A stretch of DNA of 64,000 nucleotides, taken from Eledone cirrhosa (lineage: Eukaryota). The notes beneath the pieces were generated by a model. The model saw only the letters and a program-made list of their open reading frames with translations. It did not search any database and was not told the DNA's origin. Every line of letters begins with the position of its first letter. The stretch's first letter is position 1. The position numbers were made by a program, and so were the translations under genes. The stretch is from assembly GCA_964016885.1 (NCBI GenBank), contig OZ024742.1, positions 97,588,001 through 97,652,000 on the forward strand, written 5' to 3'. This document shows positions 1 through 12,469 of this stretch, in pieces.

Positions 1-149
1 ACACGGACGTTAAACGTTGATGATGATGATGATGATGATACACATATATATACATATATATATATATACATATACACATATATATATATATATACATATA
101 TATACGTATATATATATATACATATATATATACATACATATACACACAC

Positions 150-183
<34 letters not shown>

Positions 184-217
184 ATATACATATACACATA
201 TATATATATATATATAC

Positions 218-759
218 ATATATTGTTATAAATTTGGGAGGGTCATGTTGCCATTAAGAAACACACGCACCAGTTGCTTTCACTTCAATTTATTATAATA
301 AATTTATAAATTTAAGAATTTATAAATTTCCGGTTGGTTGGTTGGTTCCACAACCAGATGATTGTTCATATATTGTCAAAGTTCTCTCGTCGCACATTGT
401 GTGACCTCTTCAGTGACTGGGGATTCTTTTCTTTGATTTTGTGCCTTTCCTTTGTTCTGTCCTACGCCATCTTGTTTTGAAAACAAGATGGCGTAGGACA
501 GAACAAAGGAGAGGCACAAATACAAAGAAAAGAATCCCCAGTCACTGAAGAGGTCACAGAATGTGTGACGAAAGAACTTTGACAATATATGAACAATCAT
601 CTGGTTGTGGAACCAACCAACCGGAAATTTATAAATTCATTATAATAAATTTAAGTGAAAGCAACTGGTGCGTGTGTTACTTCGGAAATTTATAAATTCA
701 TTATAATAAATTTAAGTGAAAGCAACTGGTGCGTGTGTTACTTATTGGCAACATGACCC
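218..759. mobile_element. Palindromic PLE pLTR-like element, family A, centre at about 479
   Basis: 218-478 is the reverse complement of 480-759. The right arm has a tandem duplication of about 60 bp. It follows a TA array, and relatives occur at 23881-24085 and 55667-55945. Confidence 0.75.
541..583 (+). ncRNA. Minimal type I hammerhead ribozyme (mirror copy 375-417 on minus strand has GAAA>GAGA)
   Basis: gtca-CTGAAGA-g-gtcac(agaatgt)gtgac-GAAA-gaac-TT-tgac: stem I gtca/tgac and stem II gtcac/gtgac. Confidence 0.7.
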
Positions 760-2700
760 TTAGTTCTCTGCAGAATACGCTATCGAGATACGATCTGGAT
801 GACCCAATGCGGTCCACATTGGCACATTCGGGTGATCCAGTCGATACCTGTCAGACAGTTCAAAACGTCTGAGCAGGTTGGTGAAGCTCTCGCACCCTCC
901 TCCCCTATCCACTAGCCCCACATGATCCCAGCGTGCATCTAAGATACCGTTCCAGTCGCCCACTAACACTAAAGAGCGGGACATTCCAAGAAAGGTCTCT
1001 AGACGTCTGAAGAAATCTGGCCGCCCTGCCCCTGTTGGGGCATAGACGGCTACTAGCCTGAAAGCATTGCCTTTGCTGCCGGTCACGGCCAGCACCACCG
1101 ACTTACCTTCTGGGTTCAGGAAGATGGCCCATATCGCGAGATCCAAGCCTCTCCGAAAAAGGACGGCAACTCCTCCCCCCAATCCTGGACGGCTGGGAGA
1201 TGGGTATACATCGTAGCCACCGAAGATCGATGTGAAGGCCCGTGCCTCGGAGATTTTGGTTTCACTGATGGCCACCACATCTATGTATAGTGACCTGAGG
1301 TCATTGAGCAGGTGACCCTGCTTCCAAGATGACCCCAGGCCACGTGCATTTATACTGCCTATTCTGGTGATGGTGGTGGTGTTGCTTCAAGTTTCCTTGC
1401 TGCCTTTACGCCTCTTTGTATACCTTCGCTTTTGGAGAATGAATCTAAGGGTTTTTTTGTTTTTGTGACAGACCGTTTCCTACTTCACTCCCGCCTCAAA
1501 CTCCATGTCGGATTCTGTGGCGTCTGGGAGGGGTATGTGCTCCACGACTGTTGGTGGTGGTAGTGGAGCCCTCTTCGGGCACGTCGGGTGGGACCTGGGT
1601 CACTTTGACCCTCACAATTTTCTGCCCGCAGTAGGAGGGCACCAAGACTATCTCCTCACTCTTCAGGGTTTCCAAAGAGTGAGACTTTGCTTCCTGGGGG
1701 GTGGCGAAAAGTACGTCTACTGTGGAGTACTCTCTGCCTCGGGTGATGTGGGTTTTGCGTGCCCAGACGCCCCCAATGCCTTTTGGATTTGAACCTCCGT
1801 GGCTCTCTCCACTCGATGTGAGATTTTGCTTACGGTGCAGTAAGTCACCGTCCATAGCTGCTGGTCCTTGAAAAAATCAGGTGGAGGTTTCAGGGAAACT
1901 CTATTTGCGCTTCTTGTCACCATGGCCCTTGCGACTGCCATCTCCTCCTCTGTGACTAACACTGTCTCGATATTTCGGGCGACACCTGCAAAAGAGTGGT
2001 CCATTTTTCAGCAGCACCACTATTGCTGCCGCTACTGGTCTTACTGGTGGTGCTGAGGTCGCTATTACAGGTATCGGTGTCATTGTTGTTGTTTTCGCTG
2101 GTACAGTTGTTGCTGTTGTTGTTTTCGTTGATACTGTTGCTGTTGTTACTGTTATTGTGGCTGTTGTTATTATTGTTGTTTTTGATGATACTGTTCCTAC
2201 TATTATTGTTGTTGTGGTTGTTGTTATTGTCATTGTTATTGTCGTTCTCGACCTTACCGCTGTTATTTTTGTTTTTGCTGTTGTTATTGATGGTGTTGTT
2301 GTTGGTGTTGTTGTTGGTGTTATTGTTGGTGTTGTTTGTGTTAGAAATATTTGTTAATTTTACATCTGTAACAATCTTTTTTTCCTTTGTAATATTTTCG
2401 TTTATATTTACCTCCGCTGGACCTGTTGTTGACATGCTGATAAAGTCTCCCTCTCTCTGTGTTGTCTGACAGCGCTCTCTCTCTTTCTTGTGTTATCCAT
2501 GTTCAAATCTTTTCAAAAAAATATTTTTACACAAATACGAATACGACACCCAGTAAAGGGGTGCCGTATTATTTACTAGTGAACCCCTGTATTAGGTGGG
2601 TCACTTCTAAACGTTTATCAAATTTAAAACTTAATTTATAGGTTTAGAACGGTTGAAAAAGAGGTAAAACGTTGAAAAAAATTGGAGGCGATAAGAAGCG
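760..2700 (-). mobile_element. 5' part of a Tx1/L1-like LINE: degenerate Asn-rich ORF1 and APE endonuclease
   Basis: ORF 760-1278 has APE motifs (ISET, GGGVAVLF, LVAVYAP, LVGDWN). Upstream ORF pieces 1496-2435 resemble ORF1. Confidence 0.75.
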
Positions 2701-2734
2701 TGGCTTCACCAACAATAATAATAACAATAATAAT

Positions 2735-2922
2735 TGTTTCTACTTTTGGCACACGGCCAGCAATTATCCCAGTGTATTACTGGTACTTTATTTTATCGAC
2801 CCCGCAAGAATGAAAGGCAAAGTTAACCTCGGCGGGATTTGAACTCAGACCATAAAGGGGCATAACTCTTTGCTGCAAAGCATAGCGTCCGACCCTCTAC
2901 CGATACTGCCAATCCACCGCCC
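2735..2922 (-). mobile_element. tRNA-derived SINE (octopus-type family)
   Basis: Box A/B-like tggcagtatcggt...gagttcaaatccc followed by the body gccgaggttaactttgcctttcat...gataaaataaagtaccagt, which recurs many times in the window. Confidence 0.75.
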
Positions 2923-2944
2923 TGATAACAATAATAATACATTC

Positions 2945-3462
2945 TTCTGAGAAGTGGTATGAGCATAAGCCAGAGTCGGTGATAGAAACCGATCAGGTGA
3001 AGGTGCTATGGGATTTTAGGATACAGACGGACAAGAAACTGGAACACAATAGACCTGACCTGGTGGTTTTGGACAAGGAAAAAAGATCGTGCCTGATTGT
3101 GGATGTGGCCTGCCCATTCGACACGAGAGTGCAAGAGAAGGAGAGGGAGAAAATTAACCGATACCAGGACTTACAGTGGGAGGTAAAAAGGATTTGGAAC
3201 TGCCATGAAGTCAAATGGTCCCGATTGTCATAGAAACACTAGGTACTATCTCAAAAAGTTTCCAGGGATGGTTAAAGAAAATTGGCCCCGTCCCGCTTTT
3301 TGGAACACTTCAAAAGGCATGCTTGCTGGGAACAGCAAGAACCCTCCGATACGTCCTGAATACCTGAGGCTGCAGGTAATGGCTTGATATTCATTTCAAC
3401 AAACTCTCCAGTTAACTAACATCAATGACTGTGACTCAAAGAACACTAATAATAATAATAAT
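2945..3462 (+). mobile_element. 3' end of an RLE-type non-LTR retrotransposon (R4/Dong-like)
   Basis: ORF 2979-3233 has LWDF.IQTD...NRPDLVV...IVDVACP.D...EK..RY..L (PD-(D/E)xK nuclease). It has a (TAA)n tail and sits in TAA repeats. Confidence 0.8.
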
Positions 3463-3499
3463 ACACTATTAATACTTATTAATTAATTAATGCAATCGT

Positions 3500-3778
3500 G
3501 CAATGCCTGTGCGTGAAGAATATTTTTATAGTGAGGAAAGACTGTGCACTGAGCGAATCCCACTTTCTGAGCGACAGTAGATATAACCCCAGAAAAGAAG
3601 AAAAGATCAACATCATCGGTAACTACTGAGCCGCAGGTTTTATGTCGGAGTAGTTAACCCAGTTTCCTGAGATGCCTTCTCCTAGAAGAATGCCCTGACA
3701 ATGGCTAGGGGTTCTTCACTCCCAGGGGTCTAACTGCACGATCGGGTATCCAGCCCGACTATTTCTATGTCCCCCGCG
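3500..3778 (-). repeat. Repeat resembling an RTE-type 5' UTR; related copy at about 4690-4900
   Basis: Shared motif ttctcctagaa...cctgacaa.ggctagggg between the two copies. Confidence 0.4.
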
Positions 3779-4011
3779 CATGAAAAAAAAAAAACTCACT
3801 TATTGACACTCATACGTACGACATACACACGCGCCCACACACCAACACTCATGCATACAAACACACACACACACGCTACTCACTTACACACACACATATA
3901 TATAAATTACCGTCATTACTGATACAAGATTACAAGATTATGTCAACTGTTGACTTTCGAAAGAGTTGTATAGTTGAAGCCGTTCGTGTTACTCTTGAGT
4001 ATTATTATAAT

Positions 4012-4165
4012 TGCTTTGCAGCATAGAGCTATGGCCCTCCACGCTTCGAGCTCAAATCCCGCCGAGGTCAACCTTGCCTTTCATCCCCAAGGAGTCAACA
4101 AAAGAGAGCACCAGTAATGCGCTGGAACAAGCGCTGGCTCCGTACCAAAAGCAGAAAAATTATTA
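4012..4165 (+). mobile_element. SINE fragment (same family as 2735-2922)
   Basis: gagctcaaatcccgccgaggtcaaccttgcctttcatcc. Confidence 0.65.
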
Positions 4166-5430
4166 TTATTAAAGTTGTTGTTTTCTTAAGGCCCGGTCGC
4201 TGGTGATGGTGGTGGTGATGGCGGCGGTGGATGGTGGTGCTGGATATGGTGGTGGTGGTGGCAGTTGATGTTGTTGCTGTGTGTGTGTGTGTGTTTTGTT
4301 TTTTGTATGTGTTCTTTTTTTTAATCGTTTGATGCCGCTGTTGTAAATGTTCATTTCAATTCATTCTGAAGCTGTTGTTGTTGTAAACATTAGTGCCGGT
4401 GTTGTTGTAGATGTTGGGGTTGAAATCTGGTCGTTTGACTGAGTGATGTATATACACACATATACATACATATATATGGTGGCTGCCAACTCGTTTTCGA
4501 GTACGACCACTACTTTATATCCATGTAGGAGAACTCCTACCGATGCGCTAAACGAGTGTGACTTTTTAGTCCAGCCAGCGACTTGAAAACTCTGGTACAA
4601 ACACTACACTTGTGACAATTATTGACACATAGTGCTGGGCCCATGGTACCATGTGAGGACAAGTGCAGAGAGATCTCCAGATACAAAGCAATGCCTGTGC
4701 CGTGAAGCTTTTATAGTGAGCAAAGGCACTGCACAAAGCCAGTCCCACTCTCTTAACCAAGATGATATTTACCAAAAAGAATAAGTCAACATCATTGGAT
4801 ACCATCAGGGTTGCAGGTGTTATATCAGAGTTTTCCTTCTCCTAGAATTCTGCCTTGACAAAGGCTAAGGGGTCATCTCTCCCGGTGATTTTGGATGGCC
4901 ATTGACTCTTAAGAGCTCCTTTGCCCTTTGTCAGAGGAGGGTGACTTTGGGCATCCTGCAGGACCTACACACATACATTCAACACAGAGTAGAGAATTTG
5001 ACAACAGGTCAGTGGCTTTAGTCTACTAGTCTACAAGAGTAATGACATGTGTAAATGTAAATGTGTTGGTGGGAGAGAGTGTAGACGCTATCGTGGGGGG
5101 TGGACAGTGAGATGTATCCAGTTCATTTGCCCGTTTTCTTCTCTTTGCAAAATTTGAATTTTAGCCATGTTATATTGAGATGTAAGTAAATGTAAAATGT
5201 AAAATATAAATAAGGATTGCTCTGGTAAAATATACGAAAATATTTGTGTAACTTCCACAAACTTCTGTCATGATATTCCCGAGTCCAGTGAGCAAAAATT
5301 TGTTGTATGTTGATGTTTCAGAATACAAAAATTAATTAAAAACTTACCCCACGAAAAGACAGCGTGTGTTGTCCTATCTATAAGCTACCTATCTATCTTG
5401 TCCTATCTATAAGCTCCCATATATATATAG

Positions 5431-5491
<61 letters not shown>

Positions 5492-5553
5492 TATATACAT
5501 ATATATATATTAATTAAAAATATTAACAAAATAGATATTCTTGTGATCAAGTA

Positions 5554-5620
5554 TATTTTATTATACATATTTCAGAGGTACTGAATTAACTTCAACAGTA
5601 CGTCCTCATCAGATAAAATA
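5554..5620 (-). ncRNA. Type I hammerhead ribozyme in inverted pLTR
   Basis: Reverse complement reads tattttat-CTGATGA-ggacgtac...gtacctct-GAAA-tatgta-TA-ataaaata. Confidence 0.75.
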
Positions 5621-7680
5621 AGATGATGCATGGCATACCCTGCCATAGTAGATGGTTAAGATTGAGTCATGGTAGTGAGTAAAATATGACAAAACTCAAT
5701 ATTTATATACCTTAATATTGAGAAACATGAGAAAAATATATAATATATACAATAGAGAGGGTGCGTGTGAGACAGCTTAAAAAATACTTGGCATTAATAT
5801 AACTGTTAAATAATTTAAATTACTGAAGAAAGAGGAAAGAAAAGAAAAGCATAGAGGAAGAGACAGATGAGGGGATAATATAGTTAGTAGGGGCCTAGAA
5901 AATCAAAAGAGAGTTGATTACAGAGAGAGAGATGAAGAGGAATAACTTATGTTCAAGTCTTTAGACAATTATCCATATATACAATATATATCTAAACATA
6001 TCTGGTTGACCGTTAATATTCAAAATATTTAATTTAAGTTAGTTCAGAGTAATGAATAATATTTTAGGTTTTAAAAGTTAAAATGTATCTGTATTAATAT
6101 TAAAGTATACTATCAAATTTAATTTCTTGTCATAGTAGAATCTATTCGAATTCGTCTATATCAACTAACTGCAACCTCTGTACTAAGGAGACCCTATTAA
6201 TAATTACTAATTATGAAAACTTAATTAACAAAAAAAGTGAATTATTCTCAAACTGCCTTCATAAAGCTTTGTCTACATTCCAACCCTCGCAAAAAGTCAG
6301 GAAAAAACACTAAACAAACAGGTTTTAATTTTTGACGTCTCTTATCAACTGTTGTACCTAAAACGTTATAACAGCTTATAAAACTTTAATGATTCTTTAT
6401 TATCTAATCATTTATGATAGAATTAATGTTAGAATGAAGGATCCTATTTAGGTATATAAACATATTATTTGTTAACTTGTTCTCTTGATGAATATGCACA
6501 CCTTTGGATTATTTTAGATATTTATAATTTAGATTCGGATCCTTATATATATTTGTCTTTGTTTTAAATATATAATATGGATATATAACTTGTAAGATTA
6601 CCTGTTATAATTGAACCGTTAATCATTCATGCATTTATATATTTTACTCATTTTGGGTATGTTTTGGGACTCAGAAAGTTAGATTTGCACATATATCTTT
6701 TGTATATATAGTTAGATATAAATATCACAAACCATACTAGTCGACAAATATTGGTCTCTCTTTCCACTGAACTGGAGGTAAAACTACAATTATAACTTTA
6801 CTAATAATGATTGTAATTATTTATTTATTTATTATATGTATATTGTTTCACTAATATCTATAATACTCTCTCTATATATTATATAGTATAATAACATGCT
6901 CGTAGTTACATTTATAAGTAATTTAGATACTCAAATGACTCTCTATTGTTATAAGTGTTAGATATTTCCTTAATGTTCGAAATTATATAATGATTATTAC
7001 TTAATTTAATTTAATTTATTTTATTTTAATTAAATCTAGATTACCTCCGGGTCATTCAAATCCTTAGCTCCTCTTTCTATCACCTTCGTTGGACATTTTA
7101 GAAGTATCCTTTGTATACTATATAATAAAACCCTCTTGCATTTTAAACTATATTTTTTAAATATTGGGCATTTTTATGTTTCGCAAACAATTCATTATTT
7201 TTTCACTTTTTTTCACTTTTTATTTTGTATCTAGTCCTTATCCTTAGGACTCATAAAGTTTTGACATATATATTTATAGTATATATCAATTAAATGATCC
7301 TTTTACAATAATTGATCTAAAACATTATTTTTTAACAATATTTTCAGTAACTTATTTACTATATTATGTATATTTGAAAGGTATCATCTTAAACCTTTAG
7401 ACAATATAATCTTTGTGTATTTTTATTTTTATAAACACATATATATAATTTAAAATTCAGACCTTTTTAAGTTTAATTATAAGGCATGTTGATCATTTAG
7501 GCACTCAAATTGTTAATCATAAATTCTTTAAAAATTATAACGGTAATTATTTCTAAATTATATTATATAAACTGTTGTCAATATTGGCAGTATCGGTTCA
7601 AATCCCGCTGAGGTTGACTTTGCCTTTCATCCTTACGGGGCGATAAAATAAAGTACCAGTAATGCACTGAGAAATTGCTG

Positions 7681-8480
7681 GGCGATATCCAATTTTAGTG
7701 GACTAAATGCTGCTTACGTGCTGTAGTTGCAGCTTACTTGGTGGCTTACTGCTTGTTGTTAGCTGCTTACTTGGTGACTTACCTGCTTCAATGTATGAGG
7801 CTATTCCAACAAATTTACATTCCCTTTTTTTTAGCCGTTAAAAGAAATATAGATTTTTTTTTTTGCAACGAGGAAACTGTGGGGATATGTCGCCGGCCAA
7901 CAAATGGTCCGCTTCTTCCGATACCACTTCGAAAGAAGGATCAAGGTGGAGAGAAAGGCACTCAGTCCCAGCCAATTCCATGAAAGATGGGTGAAAGTAG
8001 CAATAATGGCCCGTGTAAGTGGGCCATCTCTCTATATCGGCTTGTACAGGTAAGAGAAGAAGGGAGCACCCCCTCTCTCTGTGCTCCCTGGCAGAAAGGT
8101 CGCACACTTTCTACGGGGGTGTGTGTGACCCCAAAAGGCTGCCTCTCTATTGAGGACTTAATTTTTTATATTCCTTTTTAATCACTCGTTAAATGTTTGT
8201 ACTTGATTTTTGTAAAAACTTCCCCCGCCTAATGCTCTAGTGGCAAATAAATCGCAAAAGAAAAAACCAAACAAACAAACAAAAACGTGGCAAATAAAGA
8301 AATCTATGCCCCAGTGGCAAATAAATCGCAAAAGAAAACCAATAAATAAATCTATATTTCTTTTCAGCTAAAAAAAGGGAATGTAAATTTGTTGGAATAG
8401 CCTCATACATTGAAGTAAGCAGCAACTACAGCACGTAAGCAGCATCAGCAGCATTTAGTCCACTAAAATTGGATATCGCC
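7681..8480 (+). mobile_element. Non-autonomous Merlin-type DNA transposon derivative inserted in a SINE
   Basis: TIRs start GGCGATATCCAATTTTAGTGGACTAAATGC and extend over 110 bp. The 8-bp TSD AATTGCTG lies at 7673-7680 and 8481-8488. The host SINE is split (7585-7680, 8481-8512). An internal remnant resembles a transposase N-terminus (CGDM...SKEGSRWR...SMKDG). Confidence 0.75.
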
Positions 8481-9126
8481 AATTGCTGGCCTTGTGCCTA
8501 AAGTAGAAACAATATTATATGATAAATTTGGTAAAGTTTACCTTCGTGAGGTTGTAAAAACATTGTTTTCTTTCTCGTGTTTGTAAATCCTTTAAATTTG
8601 ATTTCATAAAATGTGATTTTAGAAATTAAATTTGATAGTATACTTTAATATTAATACAGATACATTTTAACTTTTAAAACCTAAAATATTATTCATTACT
8701 CTGAACTAACTTAAATTAAATATTTTGAATATTAACGGTCAACCAGATATGTTTAGATATATATTGTATATATGGATAATTGTCTAAAGACTTGAACATA
8801 AGTTATTCCTCTTCATCTCTCTCTCTCTGTAATCAACTCTCTTTTGATTTTCTAGGCCCCTACTAACTATATCTTCTCATCTGTCTCTTCCTCTATGCTT
8901 TTCTTTTCTTTCCTCTTTCTTCAGTAATTTAAATTATTTAACAGTTATATTGATGCCAAGTATTTTTTAAGCTGTCTCACACGCACCCTCTCTATTGTAT
9001 ATATTATATATTTTTCTCATGTTTCTCAATATTAAGGTATATAAATATTGAGTTTTGTCATATTTTACTCACTACCATGACTGAATCGTAACCATCTACT
9101 ATGTTAGGGTATGTCATGCATCATCT

Positions 9127-9193
9127 TATTTTATCTGACGAGGACGTACCGTTGAAGTTAACTCAGTACCTCTGAAATATGTATAATAAAATA
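9127..9193 (+). ncRNA. Type I hammerhead ribozyme in 3' pLTR
   Basis: tattttat-CTGACGA-ggacgtac...gtacctct-GAAA-tatgta-TA-ataaaata, with an 8-bp stem I. Confidence 0.75.
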
Positions 9194-9392
9194 TATTTGA
9201 TCGCAAGTTAATATTTTGAATTAATATTAATAACTCTGGAAAACCATACCGTTGAGTGCTTCCAAACTATTGTAAAACTCATTCTTTGATTTATTTATTG
9301 AACCTTGTTTAACTTTTAAATATACATGTATATATATACATATATATATACATATATATATATGTATATTTATATACATATATATGTATATT

Positions 9393-9428
<36 letters not shown>

Positions 9429-9432
9429 CATA

Positions 9433-10723
9433 TCATCATCATCTTCGTTTAACGTCCGTTTTCCACGCTAGCATGCGTTAGACGGGAGTTGTCCCACTTG
9501 AGGCAAGGCTGGTCGGGTGACCGTGTCTCGCTCATATAGGACTATCTGGCAGGTTTTCTACAGCTGGATGCCCTTCCTAACACCAACCACATTTACAGTG
9601 TGGAACTGGGAACTTTTTACCGTGTTACCTACACGGCCACATTACGGCGTGGACTGTGTGTTTTTTTTTTGTCGTGACACCTACACGAACTCGATCTCAT
9701 TTTCTCGTGCTGTTGGTGGGAGTGGGAGGATAGGATAGGGGTAGTAGATTGGGGGGTATATTTGGTTAAGAGGTGCCTACTGACTGTAGGTTTCGCTTTG
9801 TATATAGTCAAGGCGGGTCTTTTGTATTACTGCGTAGCGCCAAAGGTCTCGGTCCAGAGACATTGTCTTAGAGAGATGTAAGCGTGTGAGGTCGGAATTC
9901 ATCAGATTATCCCAGGTTTTTCTGGGTCTACCTACTCTGTAACTACCATCAATTTGGATCGCCCAGCACTTTTTTATGCAGCTGTCGTCTTTCATGCGCA
10001 TCACGTGACCATATCAACGTAGTCTTCTCTCGAGTAAACAGCATCTTATCCCTCTTATTCCTAATTTCTCACTTAGTTCATTTATGGTTTGCCCTTCACG
10101 TATATTACTATTACACATCCAACGGAGCATGCATACTTCGTTCCTTTCCAGTCTACGCAGGTCCTCTGCACGTAATGCCCATGTCTCACTGCCATGTAGC
10201 ATTGCTGTTCGTATACAGGCATCATACAATCTGCCTTTCATTTTTAGAGAGAAACCTTTTGTGGCCAACAGCGGTATAAGCTCTCTGAACTTTTTCCATC
10301 CCGTTCTGACTCTGGCTACTGTACTTTCAGAACACCCTCCACCACTGCGGATTTCATCACCCAGGTAACGGAAAGTGTCCATTATTTTTATAGAACCATC
10401 TGGGCAATAGAAGGAGCTAGTATCCTTTGGACACTTGCTACTTATTGCACCTGAGCATTGGCCACATATAAAGTCTACGTTCTTAGATAGTTTACCTGTG
10501 ATCCCACTACATCTTTATGTACACATACGTTGCATTTGGGACATAAAATGGTATTTCTGCCTACTCCTTTCCTACACACTGAGCATGGCCATTTCCCTGA
10601 GGGCACCTGTGCCCTATTTTCCTTTCTACAAACTACAAACAAGATAACTTTAAGGCCTTTTGATTCTAGGCCATGCTTCCATGTTTCGAATTTCTTCTCT
10701 AGTTCAGCCATCAATTCACCTAT
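9433..10723 (-). mobile_element. 5'-truncated RTE LINE (RT C-terminus, 3' UTR, (GAT)n tail)
   Basis: ORFs 10014-10382 and 9777-10004 carry FRYLG, HGSETW and GRPRKTW; homologous to 12957-14999. Confidence 0.9.
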
Positions 10724-10724
10724 G

Positions 10725-11434
<710 letters not shown>

Positions 11435-11436
<2 letters not shown>

Positions 11437-11852
11437 GGTCCGGCATGCCTTCCGCTGCACCCCCTCCAACCTAGTCTACGGAACTCGCTGCACGGAGTGC
11501 AGCGCGACTTATGTCGGACAGACGGGGCGTCGCCTGGCGGACCGAGTCACGGAGCACCTCCGGGATATTCGTCTCGGGGGCAGTTCCCCCATCGCCCGCC
11601 ACTTTGGTGGCCCTGGACACTCCGCACGCCATCTCACAGTCTGTGGCCTACTCCAGTGCCACGGAACACCCGCCCATCGCCTTACGGTCCAACAATGAAC
11701 TATCTTCATCTTACAGACCCACACTCCCCCCGGCCTGAACTCCCCACCCTTATTCCTTTAGCGTTCAACCGCCCCCCCCTCCCCCCACACTTATCCCCCA
11801 CTTACACCACTAACACACCCCTCCTTTTCACCGCCCACCCCACACTAACAAT
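11435..11852 (+). mobile_element. PLE GIY-YIG endonuclease fragment (Neptune-like)
   Basis: [36 protein letters not shown]...PIARHF...PPGLN, with one in-frame stop. Confidence 0.85.
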
Positions 11853-12177
11853 AGGACATACGCCTTCTCAATTTCTTTTCTCTTTCTATCTGTGCCAGGG
11901 TCCTCAGAAACCCATGGCTCTTCAGGTTCTCCGCCATGGTCCACCCCTTGATCAAAACCGCTAGTTCCATCTTTGACCAGTTTCGTTGACTCCTAATTTC
12001 ACCTTATGTATATATATATATATATATGTATATACATATATATATGTGTATATATATATATATATATATGTATATGTAGGTATATATATATATGTGTATA
12101 TATTTATATGTATATATATATATATATATATGTGTATATATATATATGTATATGTGTATATATATATATGTGTATAT

Positions 12178-12209
<32 letters not shown>

Positions 12210-12214
12210 GTATT

Positions 12215-12252
<38 letters not shown>

Positions 12253-12352
12253 TATATATATGTATATATGTATATGTATATATATGTATATATGTATATG
12301 TATATATATGTATATATATATATGTATATATATATATATGTATATATATATG

Positions 12353-12409
<57 letters not shown>

Positions 12410-12422
12410 GTCTATATATATG

Positions 12423-12466
<44 letters not shown>

Positions 12467-12469
<3 letters not shown>

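Larger units (their letters stand above)
5508..9320 (+). mobile_element. 5'-truncated Penelope-like element with inverted pLTR copy (5508-6127 vs 8621-9228) and 3' tail
   Basis: Inverted repeat of about 610 bp. 6167-6313 translates NCNLCTKETLLIITNYENLINKKSELFSNCLHK, matching the PLE GIY-YIG C-terminus. Each repeat holds a hammerhead, and TA arrays flank both sides. Confidence 0.8.

Noticed and set aside
1996-2469. Leu-rich membrane-like ORF
   Set aside because: Antisense reading of the (AAC/AAT)n tract in the LINE ORF1.
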